Below, piece by piece: positions 1 through 8,914 of a DNA stretch of 64,000 nt. The stretch is taken from contig CABRZR010000001.1 in assembly GCA_902475535.1 (NCBI GenBank), positions 92,677 through 156,676 of the forward strand. The letters are read 5' to 3'. Positions within the stretch are counted from its first letter, which is position 1; each line of letters starts with the position of its first letter. The DNA is from an uncultured Coriobacteriia bacterium. Lineage in GTDB: Bacteria > Actinomycetota > Coriobacteriia > Coriobacteriales > QAMH01. Made by a program: the position numbers and the translations under genes. The notes below the pieces were generated by a model. That model was not told the DNA's origin, did no database searches, and saw only the letters and a list, made by a program, of their open reading frames with translations.

Positions 1-702
1 AAGAAGACGGCCTTCGACGCGTACAAGAACGTGCGCTCCAACGGCCTCATCGCCATCAACCTACGCGATGCCGACGAGCTCATCGCCGTGCGCCGCGTGG
101 CTCCCGGCATGAAGGTCATGATGGTGAGCAGCGCTGGCAAGGCCATACGCTTTGACGAGTCCGAAGCGCGCCCCATGGGTCGCGACACCACGGGCGTTCA
201 TGGCATCCGCATCGACGTCAAGGGCGGCGACCGCGTGCTTGGCATGGAGATCGCGCCTGACGATAGCGACCTCTTCGTCATCACCGAGCGCGGTTACGGC
301 AAGCGCACCAAGGTTACCGAGTACACCGAGCACCATCGCGGTGGTGGCGGCATGTCGACGATCAAGATGACCGACAAGAAGGGCAAGATCGCCGCGATGA
401 AGATCATCAACGAGAAGCACGAGATGATGATCGTGTCCGAGGAAGGCGTCGTGATCCGCGTGAAGGCGGGCGACATCTCCGAACTTTCGCGTGCCACCCA
501 GGGTGTCAAGGTCATGAACGTCGACGATTCCGACCGCGTCGTGGCAGTTGCACGTGTGGCCGGCGGCAAGAAAAAGAAGAAGGAGATCATCGAAGGCCAA
601 ACCGAGCTTCTCACCGAGGAAATCTCCGGCCAAATGAAGACCGAAATCCCCGCCGATGTGGAAGACGACACCGACGAAGACGAGATCGACACCACCGACT
701 AG
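1..702 (+). CDS. gyrA: DNA gyrase subunit A, C-terminal part (5-prime end lies outside the window)
   Basis: The frame is open from base 1. The translation shows repeated GyrA C-terminal beta-pinwheel blades (GRDTTGVHGIRI, RATQGVKVMNV) and an acidic D/E tail. The stop codon is at 700-702. Confidence 0.9.
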   Translation, partial: KKTAFDAYKNVRSNGLIAINLRDADELIAVRRVAPGMKVMMVSSAGKAIRFDESEARPMGRDTTGVHGIRIDVKGGDRVLGMEIAPDDSDLFVITERGYGKRTKVTEYTEHHRGGGGMSTIKMTDKKGKIAAMKIINEKHEMMIVSEEGVVIRVKAGDISELSRATQGVKVMNVDDSDRVVAVARVAGGKKKKKEIIEGQTELLTEEISGQMKTEIPADVEDDTDEDEIDTTD

Positions 703-723
703 TAGCCGCAAGTGACTAGGATA

Positions 724-752
724 TGAGACAGCGTGCCAGGCACGCTGTCTCA
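724..752. repeat. Family-A REP-like palindrome
   Basis: TGAGACAGCGTGCC-A-GGCACGCTGTCTCA with 13-bp perfect arms, 22 nt after the gyrA stop. The same sequence recurs at 10 other sites in the window. Confidence 0.9.
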
Positions 753-868
753 TAGGGGCCGCTCGTGTCGTTTGTGGGGCACTTCCGCGGAAACGAGGGG
801 AACTTTCTCGAATATTCGCTTCCCAAGGAACTAAGATTGTGGCAGTATACATGCTCGCGTATTTGCGC

Positions 869-945
869 GGGCCTTTAGCTCAGTTGGCTAGAGCGCACGA
901 CTGATAATCGTGAGGTCACAAGTTCGAATCTTGTAAGGCCCACCA
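869..945 (+). tRNA. tRNA-Ile (anticodon GAU), CCA encoded
   Basis: It folds by hand as a cloverleaf: acceptor GGGCCTT/AAGGCCC, anticodon loop CTGATAA, T-arm ACAAG-TTCGAAT-CTTGT, discriminator A, then CCA. Confidence 0.95.
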
Positions 946-953
946 TTCTAGGT

Positions 954-998
954 AATAAACGCCCCGGCGTGGGCCGAGTCGCCGCCGGGGCGTTTATT
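954..998 (+). terminator. Long hairpin after tRNA-Ile (terminator or processing hairpin)
   Basis: A 16-bp perfect stem AATAAACGCCCCGGCG / CGCCGGGGCGTTTATT with a 13-nt loop. Its loop-proximal CGCCGGGGCG also occurs in family-C repeats. Confidence 0.5.
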
Positions 999-1019
999 GA
1001 TACTAGGACGCAATGCGCA

Positions 1020-1070
1020 CCAGACAAATGTCGCCGGGGCGCTTTTGTCTGGTTTCGAGACACGTGTCTC
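1020..1070. repeat. Family-C palindrome plus a minimal GAGACA-CG-TGTCTC palindrome
   Basis: CCAGACAAATGTCGCCGGGGCGCTTTTGTCTGG (1020-1052) is followed by GAGACACGTGTCTC (1057-1070). Both lie between the two tRNAs. Confidence 0.85.
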
Positions 1071-1075
1071 ACCAC

Positions 1076-1151
<76 letters not shown>

Positions 1152-1427
1152 ACACATCTGATGCGGGCACCCATGTGGTGCCCGTTTTGCATCGATGCTT
1201 GTTCTAGCGGCGATGACGATTCCCGATTTAGGACTCAACCATCCCACCTTTCAACACACTAAAGATTCCGCAGGTCAAGCACATATCATGAACTGCACCG
1301 CTTTCATGTGCGAAAGTACCAACTACGAGCGTGTATGTCATATTTGGTACATGCGTTTACCCCAACTTGACTTATACTGATAGCTCGCGTGCACGTACAG
1401 CGCATGATTTAAAGAAAGAGGTGCCTT

Positions 1428-1946
1428 GTGCGAAAAGGCAATATCATAACCATTGCGGTTCTCGTCGTTTTGTCCTTCGTGTTCCTGTGGCTTTGGAACG
1501 CACTTGGCTTCTCGTTCACGGATCCGGTCGATCTTGTCATCACCATCGTTTGGTGGGTTGTCATCATTGCCGTTGTCGTGGCAATTGTCGTGACCGAAAG
1601 GCGCCGTCGCGAGCGCATCCGCACGGTCTTCGTTGCCGATGGGGTTCTCTACAACTGCGAAAGCGGTGTGATTCGCCTCAACAACGCGGCCGATGCCAAG
1701 AACTACGTCAAGGCAATCAGGCATGCGCTCAATAATCTCGACTACGGTGCGGAGGCAAAGCTCAGCCAAAACCAGCCGCGTTTGCGCTTCAAGTATATCG
1801 TGCGCTCCAAGCGCTTTTCCGACGGTGGCAGGACGTGGGCAGGAGAGCTTGTCAACGTGAGAAACCCGCAAGAAAACAGGGACTTTTCCGGTGCCGAGCA
1901 GCTTGCCAAGCTCATCGGCGCGGGCATGGAAAAGGATGCTCGCTAA
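1428..1946 (+). CDS. Hypothetical membrane protein (two N-terminal TM helices, soluble C-terminal domain)
   Basis: 172-aa ORF with a GTG start after the RBS-like AAGAAAGAGG. Hydrophobic segments are IITIAVLVVLSFVFLWLW and VITIVWWVVIIAVVVAIVV. I recognise no family. Confidence 0.55.
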   Translation: MRKGNIITIAVLVVLSFVFLWLWNALGFSFTDPVDLVITIVWWVVIIAVVVAIVVTERRRRERIRTVFVADGVLYNCESGVIRLNNAADAKNYVKAIRHALNNLDYGAEAKLSQNQPRLRFKYIVRSKRFSDGGRTWAGELVNVRNPQENRDFSGAEQLAKLIGAGMEKDAR

Positions 1947-2704
1947 CGCAGCAGTCTCCAGTACCCCGCCGTTGCCGACCCCACGCGGTCGATGATCCCC
2001 AGCTCGCGTAGCTTTCTGAACGATCGCCGCACCGTGCTTTCGCTCACACCAAGCAGCTCTGCAATGCGTGGTGCGGTGGCACGTCCGTTGGCGCGCAATG
2101 CGCGGAGCACGAATTCATCTGTCGATGTAAGGTCGAGGTTGTTCGCCGCGGCGATGGAGCGTTGCGAAAAGGGGGCACCGCGTAACTCGTCTCCGGTTGC
2201 AAGTCCGTCGAATATGGAACTGCCATTTTGTGCGGGTGGTTGAGGACTGGCGGGTTTCTCGCTGGTGTCCTCGAGAGTCTGGACCTCCGCGGTTTGTTCC
2301 TGCTCAGATGCGACACGGCGAAGGTCCGCCACGTCTTCTGGACGCACAACCATGTTCTCTTCTACCGCAGCGTCGTAATACCAACATGCGCCACGATACT
2401 TGATGGGATGGTCGGGGTTTCCCGCCGGAACGACGACCTCGAGGCAGAAGACGGCACCGTCGAGCACGGGCTCGGTCACGCAGACGATACCAAGCTCCTT
2501 TTGGGTGATGCGAGGGATTTGCTCGAACGGCTTGCGCATGCGCGTCAGGCCCTTTGCGTAGTCTTTGCCCGCAGAATCAACGAGCAGCACGCCGCCGCCC
2601 GCGTTGGCGATTCCGCAGATGAGGGCGATGTGTCCCTGCTCCCACGAGTCCCGTTGTACGCGCAATGTGTCTGCGGAATCGGGCATACTGGCATCTCCCA
2701 TCAT
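1943..2704 (-). CDS. Putative transcriptional regulator with an AlbA_2-like N-terminal region and a C-terminal winged-helix HTH
   Basis: The C-terminus (RALRANGRATAPRIAELLGVSESTVRRSFRKLRELGIIDR) looks like an HTH. The N-terminal ICGIANAGGGVLLVDSAG resembles the AlbA_2 core. The start is uncertain; the ORF is open to 2755. Confidence 0.6.
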   Translation of the reverse strand: MMGDASMPDSADTLRVQRDSWEQGHIALICGIANAGGGVLLVDSAGKDYAKGLTRMRKPFEQIPRITQKELGIVCVTEPVLDGAVFCLEVVVPAGNPDHPIKYRGACWYYDAAVEENMVVRPEDVADLRRVASEQEQTAEVQTLEDTSEKPASPQPPAQNGSSIFDGLATGDELRGAPFSQRSIAAANNLDLTSTDEFVLRALRANGRATAPRIAELLGVSESTVRRSFRKLRELGIIDRVGSATAGYWRLLR

Positions 2705-2918
2705 CGAAAACGGCTTTTCGAGGCTACCATTTGGTTGAATGAAACAGCCGTTCAACGTGCCTATAAGGTCATTACCCTATCATTATACTATCAATATCCT
2801 GTCAAAACGAAGGTGCCGATTGACTTTCTCTATATAGTTGCGGGTATCGCGCGTCACATCGACGCACAGGAATCACCCACACATTGCTTTGGTTGATGGC
2901 AGCGGATAAGGGGCAAGC

Positions 2919-5753
2919 ATGAACAATTTGGAACGCATGATGGATGTGAAGAGGAGCATGGCGGCAAAAGTGATCGCGGCATTTATGTCCGTGGCACTTG
3001 CGCTTACGATGACCAACGTCTCGCTCTTCGCGAGCTATGCATGGGCTGATGAGCCTGAGCAGGCGGTAGATAACACCGCCGGGGATGATGCCGAAGAGGG
3101 AACGCCCGCACCGGAGACGCCTGCCGAGGAGACGCCTGCCGTTGTCGAGGAAGATGCCGAAGACGAGGCAGAGCCCGCTGCTGAGGAGCCTGTCGAAACT
3201 CCCGCTGTCGAAGAAGAGCCCGTCACCACCGAGCAGCAGAACAATGCCTCCGTGCTCATGGTTGCCGAAGAGACGATCGTGCATGAGGCGCTTGCGATTG
3301 CGCCGATGGGGCTGTTTGATAGCAAGGAGCTCGATCCTGGCGTAAGCACAAGCCGGAATCAAAAGGTCAAGTGCGGCGAATCGACTTTATTAGTATGTGA
3401 GACTATTCCTGGCGATGGCATTAATCATGTTGCTGGTACATATACCACATGGAAGTCCGCTGACCCGGCGAACGTGACGGTTGCGCATGGCATTACGGAC
3501 ATCTGGAAATCAACTGCCAGTGTTATTGTGAGAAACGTGGATACTGCAACTGTTGTTCATGAGTGCATCGGAGATCATGATCTTTGGATGCGTCATAGAG
3601 TGACATACCATATCACCGTTGACCACAATTGGGTTGATGTTGAAGAAGAAGCTCCCACTTGCACCGAAGACGGCCACACCGCTGGCAAGAAGTGCACCAC
3701 TTGCGACAGGACGACCGTCGAGACCATCCCCGCCACTGGCCATACCGAAGTTATTGATGAGGCCGTTGCCCCCACCTGCACCACGGACGGTAAAACCGAA
3801 GGCAAGCATTGCTCGGTCTGCGGCGAGACAATCAAAGCCCAGGAGATTGTTCCCGCCAACGGTCACAACGCCGACGGCAAGGTCGAGCACGTGGACGCCA
3901 CCTGCACCACCGACGGCGTCGTGGGCGGAACCTACTGCATGGCCTGCGGCGAGGGCAAAGCCGCCGCCGAGGCCATCATTCCTGCAAACGGTCACACCGC
4001 CGTCATCGACGCGGCTGTCGCTGCAACTTGTGAGGCTACGGGCCTGACCGAGGGCTCCCACTGCGACGTCTGCGGCGAGGTCATCGTCGCCCAGGAGATT
4101 GTTCCCGCAAAAGGCCACACCGTGGTCATCGATGATGCTGTTGCTCCTAACTGCACTAGGTCTGGCCTGACCGAGGGTAAGCACTGCTCGGTCTGTGATG
4201 AGGTTCTTGTTGCGCAGGAAAAAGTCGATCCGCTTGGCCATGTTTGGAGCGAATGGGTCGTCATCGAAGATCCCACTTGCACCGAGAAGGGCAAAGAGGC
4301 CCAGACTTGCGGTCGTTGCCGTGCCCAGCAGATAAGAAACGTTGATGCGACCGACCATGAATGGAACGAGGGTGTCGTAACCACTGAACCCACCTGCACC
4401 GAGGCTGGTGTCAAGACCTTCACCTGCAAGCATGACGCAACCCATACCTATACAGAAGCTATCGAGGCCACCGGTCATACCTGGATCAACGTCGAGCACG
4501 TGGACGCCACCTGCACCACCGACGGCGTCGCGGGCGGAACCTACTGCACCGCCTGCGGCGAGGGCAGGGAGGCTGCCGAGACCGTCATTCCTGCTACTGG
4601 TCACACTACTGTCATCGACGCGGCTGTCGCTGCAACCTGCGAGACCGCGGGCCTAACGGCGGGCTCCCACTGCGACGTTTGCGGCACCGTGCTCGTTGCC
4701 CAGGAGGTTGCTCCCGCGCTCGGCCACGACTACGTCGCCGAGACGACTCCCGCCACCTGCGAGAAAGATGGCGAGACGGTCTACACCTGCTCGCACGACG
4801 CGACTCACACCTACACCGAGGTCATTCCCGCAATTGGCCACGCCTATGGCGAGTGGACCGTCGTGACCCCGGCAACGATTGACGCCGAGGGTCTCGAGCA
4901 GCGCGTCTGCGACAACGACCCCGCGCACGTCGAGACGAGGACCATCGACGTCCTTCCCGCCACGACCATCACCTGGTATGACGAGGACGGCACGACCGTG
5001 CTTTCCACCATGCGCTACATCCAGGGTACCATCGAGCCTAGCTTCGCCGGTGAGGCTCCCGTCAAGGCAGAAGACGCCGACTACACCTATAGCTTCAACG
5101 ACTGGGAGAACGTGACGAGGACTGACTCCGTCATCGCCTACAGGGCTACGTACACCGCGACGGCCAAACCGCAGCCTCCCGTTCCCGTTGATCCCGAGGA
5201 TCCCACCCCCGTCGATCCGGTAGACCCGACGCCGATTGACCCCACTCCGGTAGACCCGACCCCAACCCCGGATCCGACCCCCGTCGACCCGACTCCGACG
5301 CCGGACCCTGCCCCGACGCCCACCCCTGGCGGTGACGACACTGCTACGGGCACCGACGCCGGCACGGGTGCTGGTACCGGCGCTGCAACCACGCCCACGG
5401 CTCCCGCCGCGACCGTGATTCCCGATGACGCGACACCGCTTGCCGCCGCTCCCGCAGCCGCAGCCGCTGCCCCTGCGGCCGAGACCATCGCCGACGACGC
5501 CAATCCTCTGGCCGCCTTCCCCGGCGAGGAGACCATCGATGACGAGGGCAACCCGCTTGCGTCCTTCGAGCTGGCCCCGCAGTGCTGGGTGCACTGGCTG
5601 ATGCTCATCGGCATCATCGTCACCGCTTTCTATGGCATCGGCGTTGTCATCAACCGCCGCAAGGACATTCAGACTGTCGACGAGGTCGAGGCAGAGGTGA
5701 TGGGCCAGCGCCTGGTGCAGCGCAGCGACGCCCGCCGTTCGCAGGAGGCCTAA
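2919..5753 (+). CDS. Large membrane-anchored surface protein with about 11 Cys-rich mini-repeats and a Pro/Thr-rich stalk
   Basis: It has a signal peptide (AAFMSVALALTMTNVSLFASYAWA). About 11 repeats follow the pattern GH-x(10-14)-C-T-x2-G-x5-C-x2-C. It also has a PTPVDP stalk, three DDxxNPLA motifs and a C-terminal TM helix with a basic tail. There is no LPXTG motif. Confidence 0.8.
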   Translation: MNNLERMMDVKRSMAAKVIAAFMSVALALTMTNVSLFASYAWADEPEQAVDNTAGDDAEEGTPAPETPAEETPAVVEEDAEDEAEPAAEEPVETPAVEEEPVTTEQQNNASVLMVAEETIVHEALAIAPMGLFDSKELDPGVSTSRNQKVKCGESTLLVCETIPGDGINHVAGTYTTWKSADPANVTVAHGITDIWKSTASVIVRNVDTATVVHECIGDHDLWMRHRVTYHITVDHNWVDVEEEAPTCTEDGHTAGKKCTTCDRTTVETIPATGHTEVIDEAVAPTCTTDGKTEGKHCSVCGETIKAQEIVPANGHNADGKVEHVDATCTTDGVVGGTYCMACGEGKAAAEAIIPANGHTAVIDAAVAATCEATGLTEGSHCDVCGEVIVAQEIVPAKGHTVVIDDAVAPNCTRSGLTEGKHCSVCDEVLVAQEKVDPLGHVWSEWVVIEDPTCTEKGKEAQTCGRCRAQQIRNVDATDHEWNEGVVTTEPTCTEAGVKTFTCKHDATHTYTEAIEATGHTWINVEHVDATCTTDGVAGGTYCTACGEGREAAETVIPATGHTTVIDAAVAATCETAGLTAGSHCDVCGTVLVAQEVAPALGHDYVAETTPATCEKDGETVYTCSHDATHTYTEVIPAIGHAYGEWTVVTPATIDAEGLEQRVCDNDPAHVETRTIDVLPATTITWYDEDGTTVLSTMRYIQGTIEPSFAGEAPVKAEDADYTYSFNDWENVTRTDSVIAYRATYTATAKPQPPVPVDPEDPTPVDPVDPTPIDPTPVDPTPTPDPTPVDPTPTPDPAPTPTPGGDDTATGTDAGTGAGTGAATTPTAPAATVIPDDATPLAAAPAAAAAAPAAETIADDANPLAAFPGEETIDDEGNPLASFELAPQCWVHWLMLIGIIVTAFYGIGVVINRRKDIQTVDEVEAEVMGQRLVQRSDARRSQEA

Positions 5754-5781
5754 GCAACAACTCGCGCGACATATCTACCAC

Positions 5782-5818
5782 AAAGGATGCGGTCCCAATC
5801 GGGGCCGCATCCTTTTGT
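5782..5818 (+). terminator. Rho-independent terminator of the surface-protein gene
   Basis: Hairpin AAAGGATGCGGTCCC-AATC-GGGGCCGCATCCTTT followed by TTTGT. Confidence 0.8.
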
Positions 5819-5933
5819 ATAAACGGCAGTCAACCATGCTATAACTCAAAAAACGGCTACAAAATTTTACGCTTGCTTTTATAGCCGCAAAATCATATAT
5901 TCTTACAATAAATACGTGCGAAAAGAGGCGTTC

Positions 5934-7181
5934 ATGAAAGAAGCACGAGATCTTGAGTTCAAAGTTGCCGTTAACAACAACTTTCTGAAAACAGTCAGCG
6001 CATTTGCAAATTATGGAAGAGGGACGATCCTGTTTGGTGTGGACGATCGGGGAAAAGAGGTTGGGGTCGACAATCCAAAACAGACCTGCCTCGACATAGA
6101 GCACAAGATAAACGACTCGATATCCCCAATGCCCGATTATTCCCTGGAGGTAAACAAAAGGAACAATGTCATAACCTTGGCCGTAGAAAAGGGAATGGAC
6201 GTTCCCTACCTGTACAAAGCGAAGGCGTACAAAAGGCATGACACCTCAACCGTTGAGGTAGACACGCTCGAGTTGAAGAGACTCATCCTCGAGGGGGAGA
6301 ACCTCACATACGACCAAACCCCCTCGCAACATCCCCAGGGAACATACAAAACGCTTGAAAAGAAGCTAGGCGCTGCCTTGGGGGTAAACGCCCTGACCGA
6401 CGACACGCTGAAGACACTTGAGCTGATTCGATTCGATGGCACCCTGACGATAGCAGGGGAGTTGTTCAGCGATGACAACGGAATCCTCGGCATTGACATT
6501 GCACGCTTCGGTGAATCCATTGACATCTTTCTCGACAGAGTGAGGTTCGAAAAAGAATCGATACTTGAGCAATATGACAAAGCGCTGGAGATGTTCCGCA
6601 CCTTTTACACCTACGAGGAAGTCAAAGGCGCTGAACGAGTGCGAAAAGAGAGCATTCCCGAAGAGGCTTACCGCGAGGCGATTGCTAACGCGCTCGTCCA
6701 TCGCCAGTGGGATGTTCGGGCTGCGATTCGGGTAGCCATGCATCCCGACCGTATCGAAATCTATTCACCCGGGGGCTTGCCCGAGGGTCTTTCGGAAAAG
6801 GACTATCTTGAGGGGCAAGTGGTGGTTCTGCGCAACCCTATCGTTGCAAACGTATTTTTCAGACTTCGCCTGATAGAGAGTTTTGGAACGGGCATACTCC
6901 GCATCAAGAACGCCTATAAGCACTCGAAGAAGAAGCCACGCTTCAAGATTGACGAGAACGTCATAGTCATTACCTTGCCCTTGGTTGACGAAAACGCTGC
7001 GCTTTCAGATGATGAAGCGCGCGTTATCGATGTGCTGAGGGGACGCAAGGCCTCGACTAGCGAGCTTTCCTCCGATACCGGATTTGGCAAAACGAAGCTC
7101 CAGAAGCTGTTGCGTGGCCTCGAAGAGGGTGGCTATATCACCATATCCGGACGTGGTAGGGGAACGCGATACAAGGCTTGA
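5934..7181 (+). CDS. AlbA_2 / HATPase_c_4 / wHTH protein (RecG-like putative DNA-binding regulator family)
   Basis: The AlbA_2 region is MKEARDLEFKVAVNNNFLKTVSAFANYGRGTILFGVDD. The HATPase_c_4-like region is REAIANALVHRQWD...IEIYSPGGLPEG...FGTGILRI. The ATG follows an AAGAGG RBS. GC is visibly lower than in the neighbours. Confidence 0.75.
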   Translation: MKEARDLEFKVAVNNNFLKTVSAFANYGRGTILFGVDDRGKEVGVDNPKQTCLDIEHKINDSISPMPDYSLEVNKRNNVITLAVEKGMDVPYLYKAKAYKRHDTSTVEVDTLELKRLILEGENLTYDQTPSQHPQGTYKTLEKKLGAALGVNALTDDTLKTLELIRFDGTLTIAGELFSDDNGILGIDIARFGESIDIFLDRVRFEKESILEQYDKALEMFRTFYTYEEVKGAERVRKESIPEEAYREAIANALVHRQWDVRAAIRVAMHPDRIEIYSPGGLPEGLSEKDYLEGQVVVLRNPIVANVFFRLRLIESFGTGILRIKNAYKHSKKKPRFKIDENVIVITLPLVDENAALSDDEARVIDVLRGRKASTSELSSDTGFGKTKLQKLLRGLEEGGYITISGRGRGTRYKA

Positions 7182-7316
7182 GCACCCTTCTTTTTCACGT
7201 GGCTTATCGCCCTGCTTGCCCCGTTCAGGGCGCTCGAATCGACAAACAGGCCGCACGTACTGTGAAGATGCCTATAATGTGCAGGAATATCGCAACCGAC
7301 ACGCATTGGGGAGAAC

Positions 7317-8870
7317 ATGGAGTTTGTCGGAACCTTCTGGGCGCTCGTGCCGCCCATCGTCGCCATTGTCCTGGCGCTTATCACCAAGGAAACCTACACG
7401 TCGTTGTTCGTCGGCATCGTCGTGGGTGCGCTTCTGCTCGCGGGGTTCGACCCGATCAACACCGTCAACTACATCATCGTCGGTGAGATTGGCGAGGGAG
7501 AAGACGCCATGGCGGTCGGCTTCCTCAACGCCATCAGCGACCCATGGAATGCAGGTATCTTCGTCTTCCTCGTGATGCTCGGCATCATGGTCGCGCTCGT
7601 CAACAAGGCGGGTGGATCGGCGGCATTCGGCGCTTGGGCGGCCAAGCACATCAAGACGCGTGTCGGCGCACAACTCGCCACCTTCGCCCTCGGCGTGCTC
7701 ATCTTCATCGACGATTACTTCAACTGTCTCACGGTCGGTGCGGTCATGCGCCCCGTGACCGACGAGCAGAAGATCTCGCGCGCCAAGCTGTCCTACATCA
7801 TTGATGCTACCGCCGCGCCCATCTGCATGATCGCCCCCATCTCGTCCTGGGCAGCCGCGGTTTCCGCCACGGCAGCCGACCTAGACTCCGGCATCACGGG
7901 CATCCAGCTCTTCATCCAGGCGATTCCCTATAACTTCTACTCGCTGCTCACCATCGTCTTCGTCATCGTCATCGTTGTCATGGGCTTTGACTACGGCCCC
8001 ATGGCGCGTGCCGAGATCGAGGCGTATCGCGATGGCATGCTGGGCTCGCTCGGCAACGAGGAAAAGCTCGACAATCCTCGCGCCAAGCTCATCGACATGC
8101 TCATTCCCATCCTCGTCCTCATCGTATGCTGCATAATCGGCATGATGTTCGTGGGTGGTTTCTGGGATCCCGAGGCCGAGGGCTTTGGCGATCTGGCCCT
8201 GGCGTTTGGCAATACCGACGCGTCGGTCGGCCTGCCTTGGGGCTCCATCATCGCGCTCGTCTTTACCTTCATCTACCTGCTGTGTCGTCGCGTCATCACC
8301 TTTGGTGACGCGGCCGTCTGCATCGTCGACGGCTTCAAGGCGATGGTGCCCGCGCTGCTCATCCTCACCTTTGCGCTCACCCTCAAGCTCGCGACTTCCG
8401 CGCTCGGTGCCGATGTCTTTGTCGCCGGGCTCATGGAAGGTGCCGCTGCCGGGCTGTATAGCATGCTCCCCGCGATCATCTTCCTCGTTGCCCTGGGCCT
8501 TGCGTTTGCCACGGGCACGAGCTGGGGTACCTTTGGCATCCTCATTCCGATTGTGCTGCCCATCTTTACCGGTCAGCCCGAACTGCTCACCATCGGCATT
8601 TCGGCGTGCCTTGCCGGTGCGGTTTGCGGCGATCACTGCTCGCCCATTTCCGACACCACCATCATGGCGTCCGCCGGTGCTAACGTGAACCACATCGTGC
8701 ATGTCCAGACCCAGCTGCCCTACGTGCTTACGGTGGCGGCCATCTCGTTTGTCTGCTTCGTTATTGCCGGCTTTGTGCAGAACTGGATTATCTGCCTTGC
8801 CATCGGCATCGTGCTCGTGGTGGGTGCCCTCTTCGTGCTGCGCAAGACCATCGGCAAGCGCGTGACATAA
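7317..8870 (+). CDS. nhaC: Na+/H+ antiporter NhaC-family transporter
   Basis: 517-aa polytopic membrane protein with an N-terminus and overall pattern typical of the NhaC family (FWALVPPIVAIVLALITKETYTSLFVGI...). Confidence 0.8.
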   Translation: MEFVGTFWALVPPIVAIVLALITKETYTSLFVGIVVGALLLAGFDPINTVNYIIVGEIGEGEDAMAVGFLNAISDPWNAGIFVFLVMLGIMVALVNKAGGSAAFGAWAAKHIKTRVGAQLATFALGVLIFIDDYFNCLTVGAVMRPVTDEQKISRAKLSYIIDATAAPICMIAPISSWAAAVSATAADLDSGITGIQLFIQAIPYNFYSLLTIVFVIVIVVMGFDYGPMARAEIEAYRDGMLGSLGNEEKLDNPRAKLIDMLIPILVLIVCCIIGMMFVGGFWDPEAEGFGDLALAFGNTDASVGLPWGSIIALVFTFIYLLCRRVITFGDAAVCIVDGFKAMVPALLILTFALTLKLATSALGADVFVAGLMEGAAAGLYSMLPAIIFLVALGLAFATGTSWGTFGILIPIVLPIFTGQPELLTIGISACLAGAVCGDHCSPISDTTIMASAGANVNHIVHVQTQLPYVLTVAAISFVCFVIAGFVQNWIICLAIGIVLVVGALFVLRKTIGKRVT

Positions 8871-8892
8871 CGTGCCTGGCACACTGTCTCAT
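8863..8892. repeat. Family-A palindrome, with a degenerate left arm overlapping the nhaC stop
   Basis: GTGACATAACGTGCCTGGCACACTGTCTCA; compare the copy at 35748-35776. The TAA stop at 8868-8870 lies inside the left arm. Confidence 0.75.
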
Positions 8893-8914
8893 TTCTAGGT
8901 CAGAGGAACAGGTT

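Noticed and set aside
1195-1427. Short ORFs after tRNA-Ala (1195-1380 and 1331-1735) and ORFs overlapping the tRNAs (875-1192 and 1013-1207).
   Set aside because: They overlap tRNA genes or repeats, lack an RBS and have implausible composition. The region looks like a promoter or leader for the 1428 gene.
2919-5753. Sortase anchoring (LPXTG) or S-layer/cell-wall-binding domains in the large surface protein.
   Set aside because: No LPXTG-like motif precedes the C-terminal TM helix, and the helix is followed by a charged tail of about 40 aa. A plain membrane anchor is more consistent with this.
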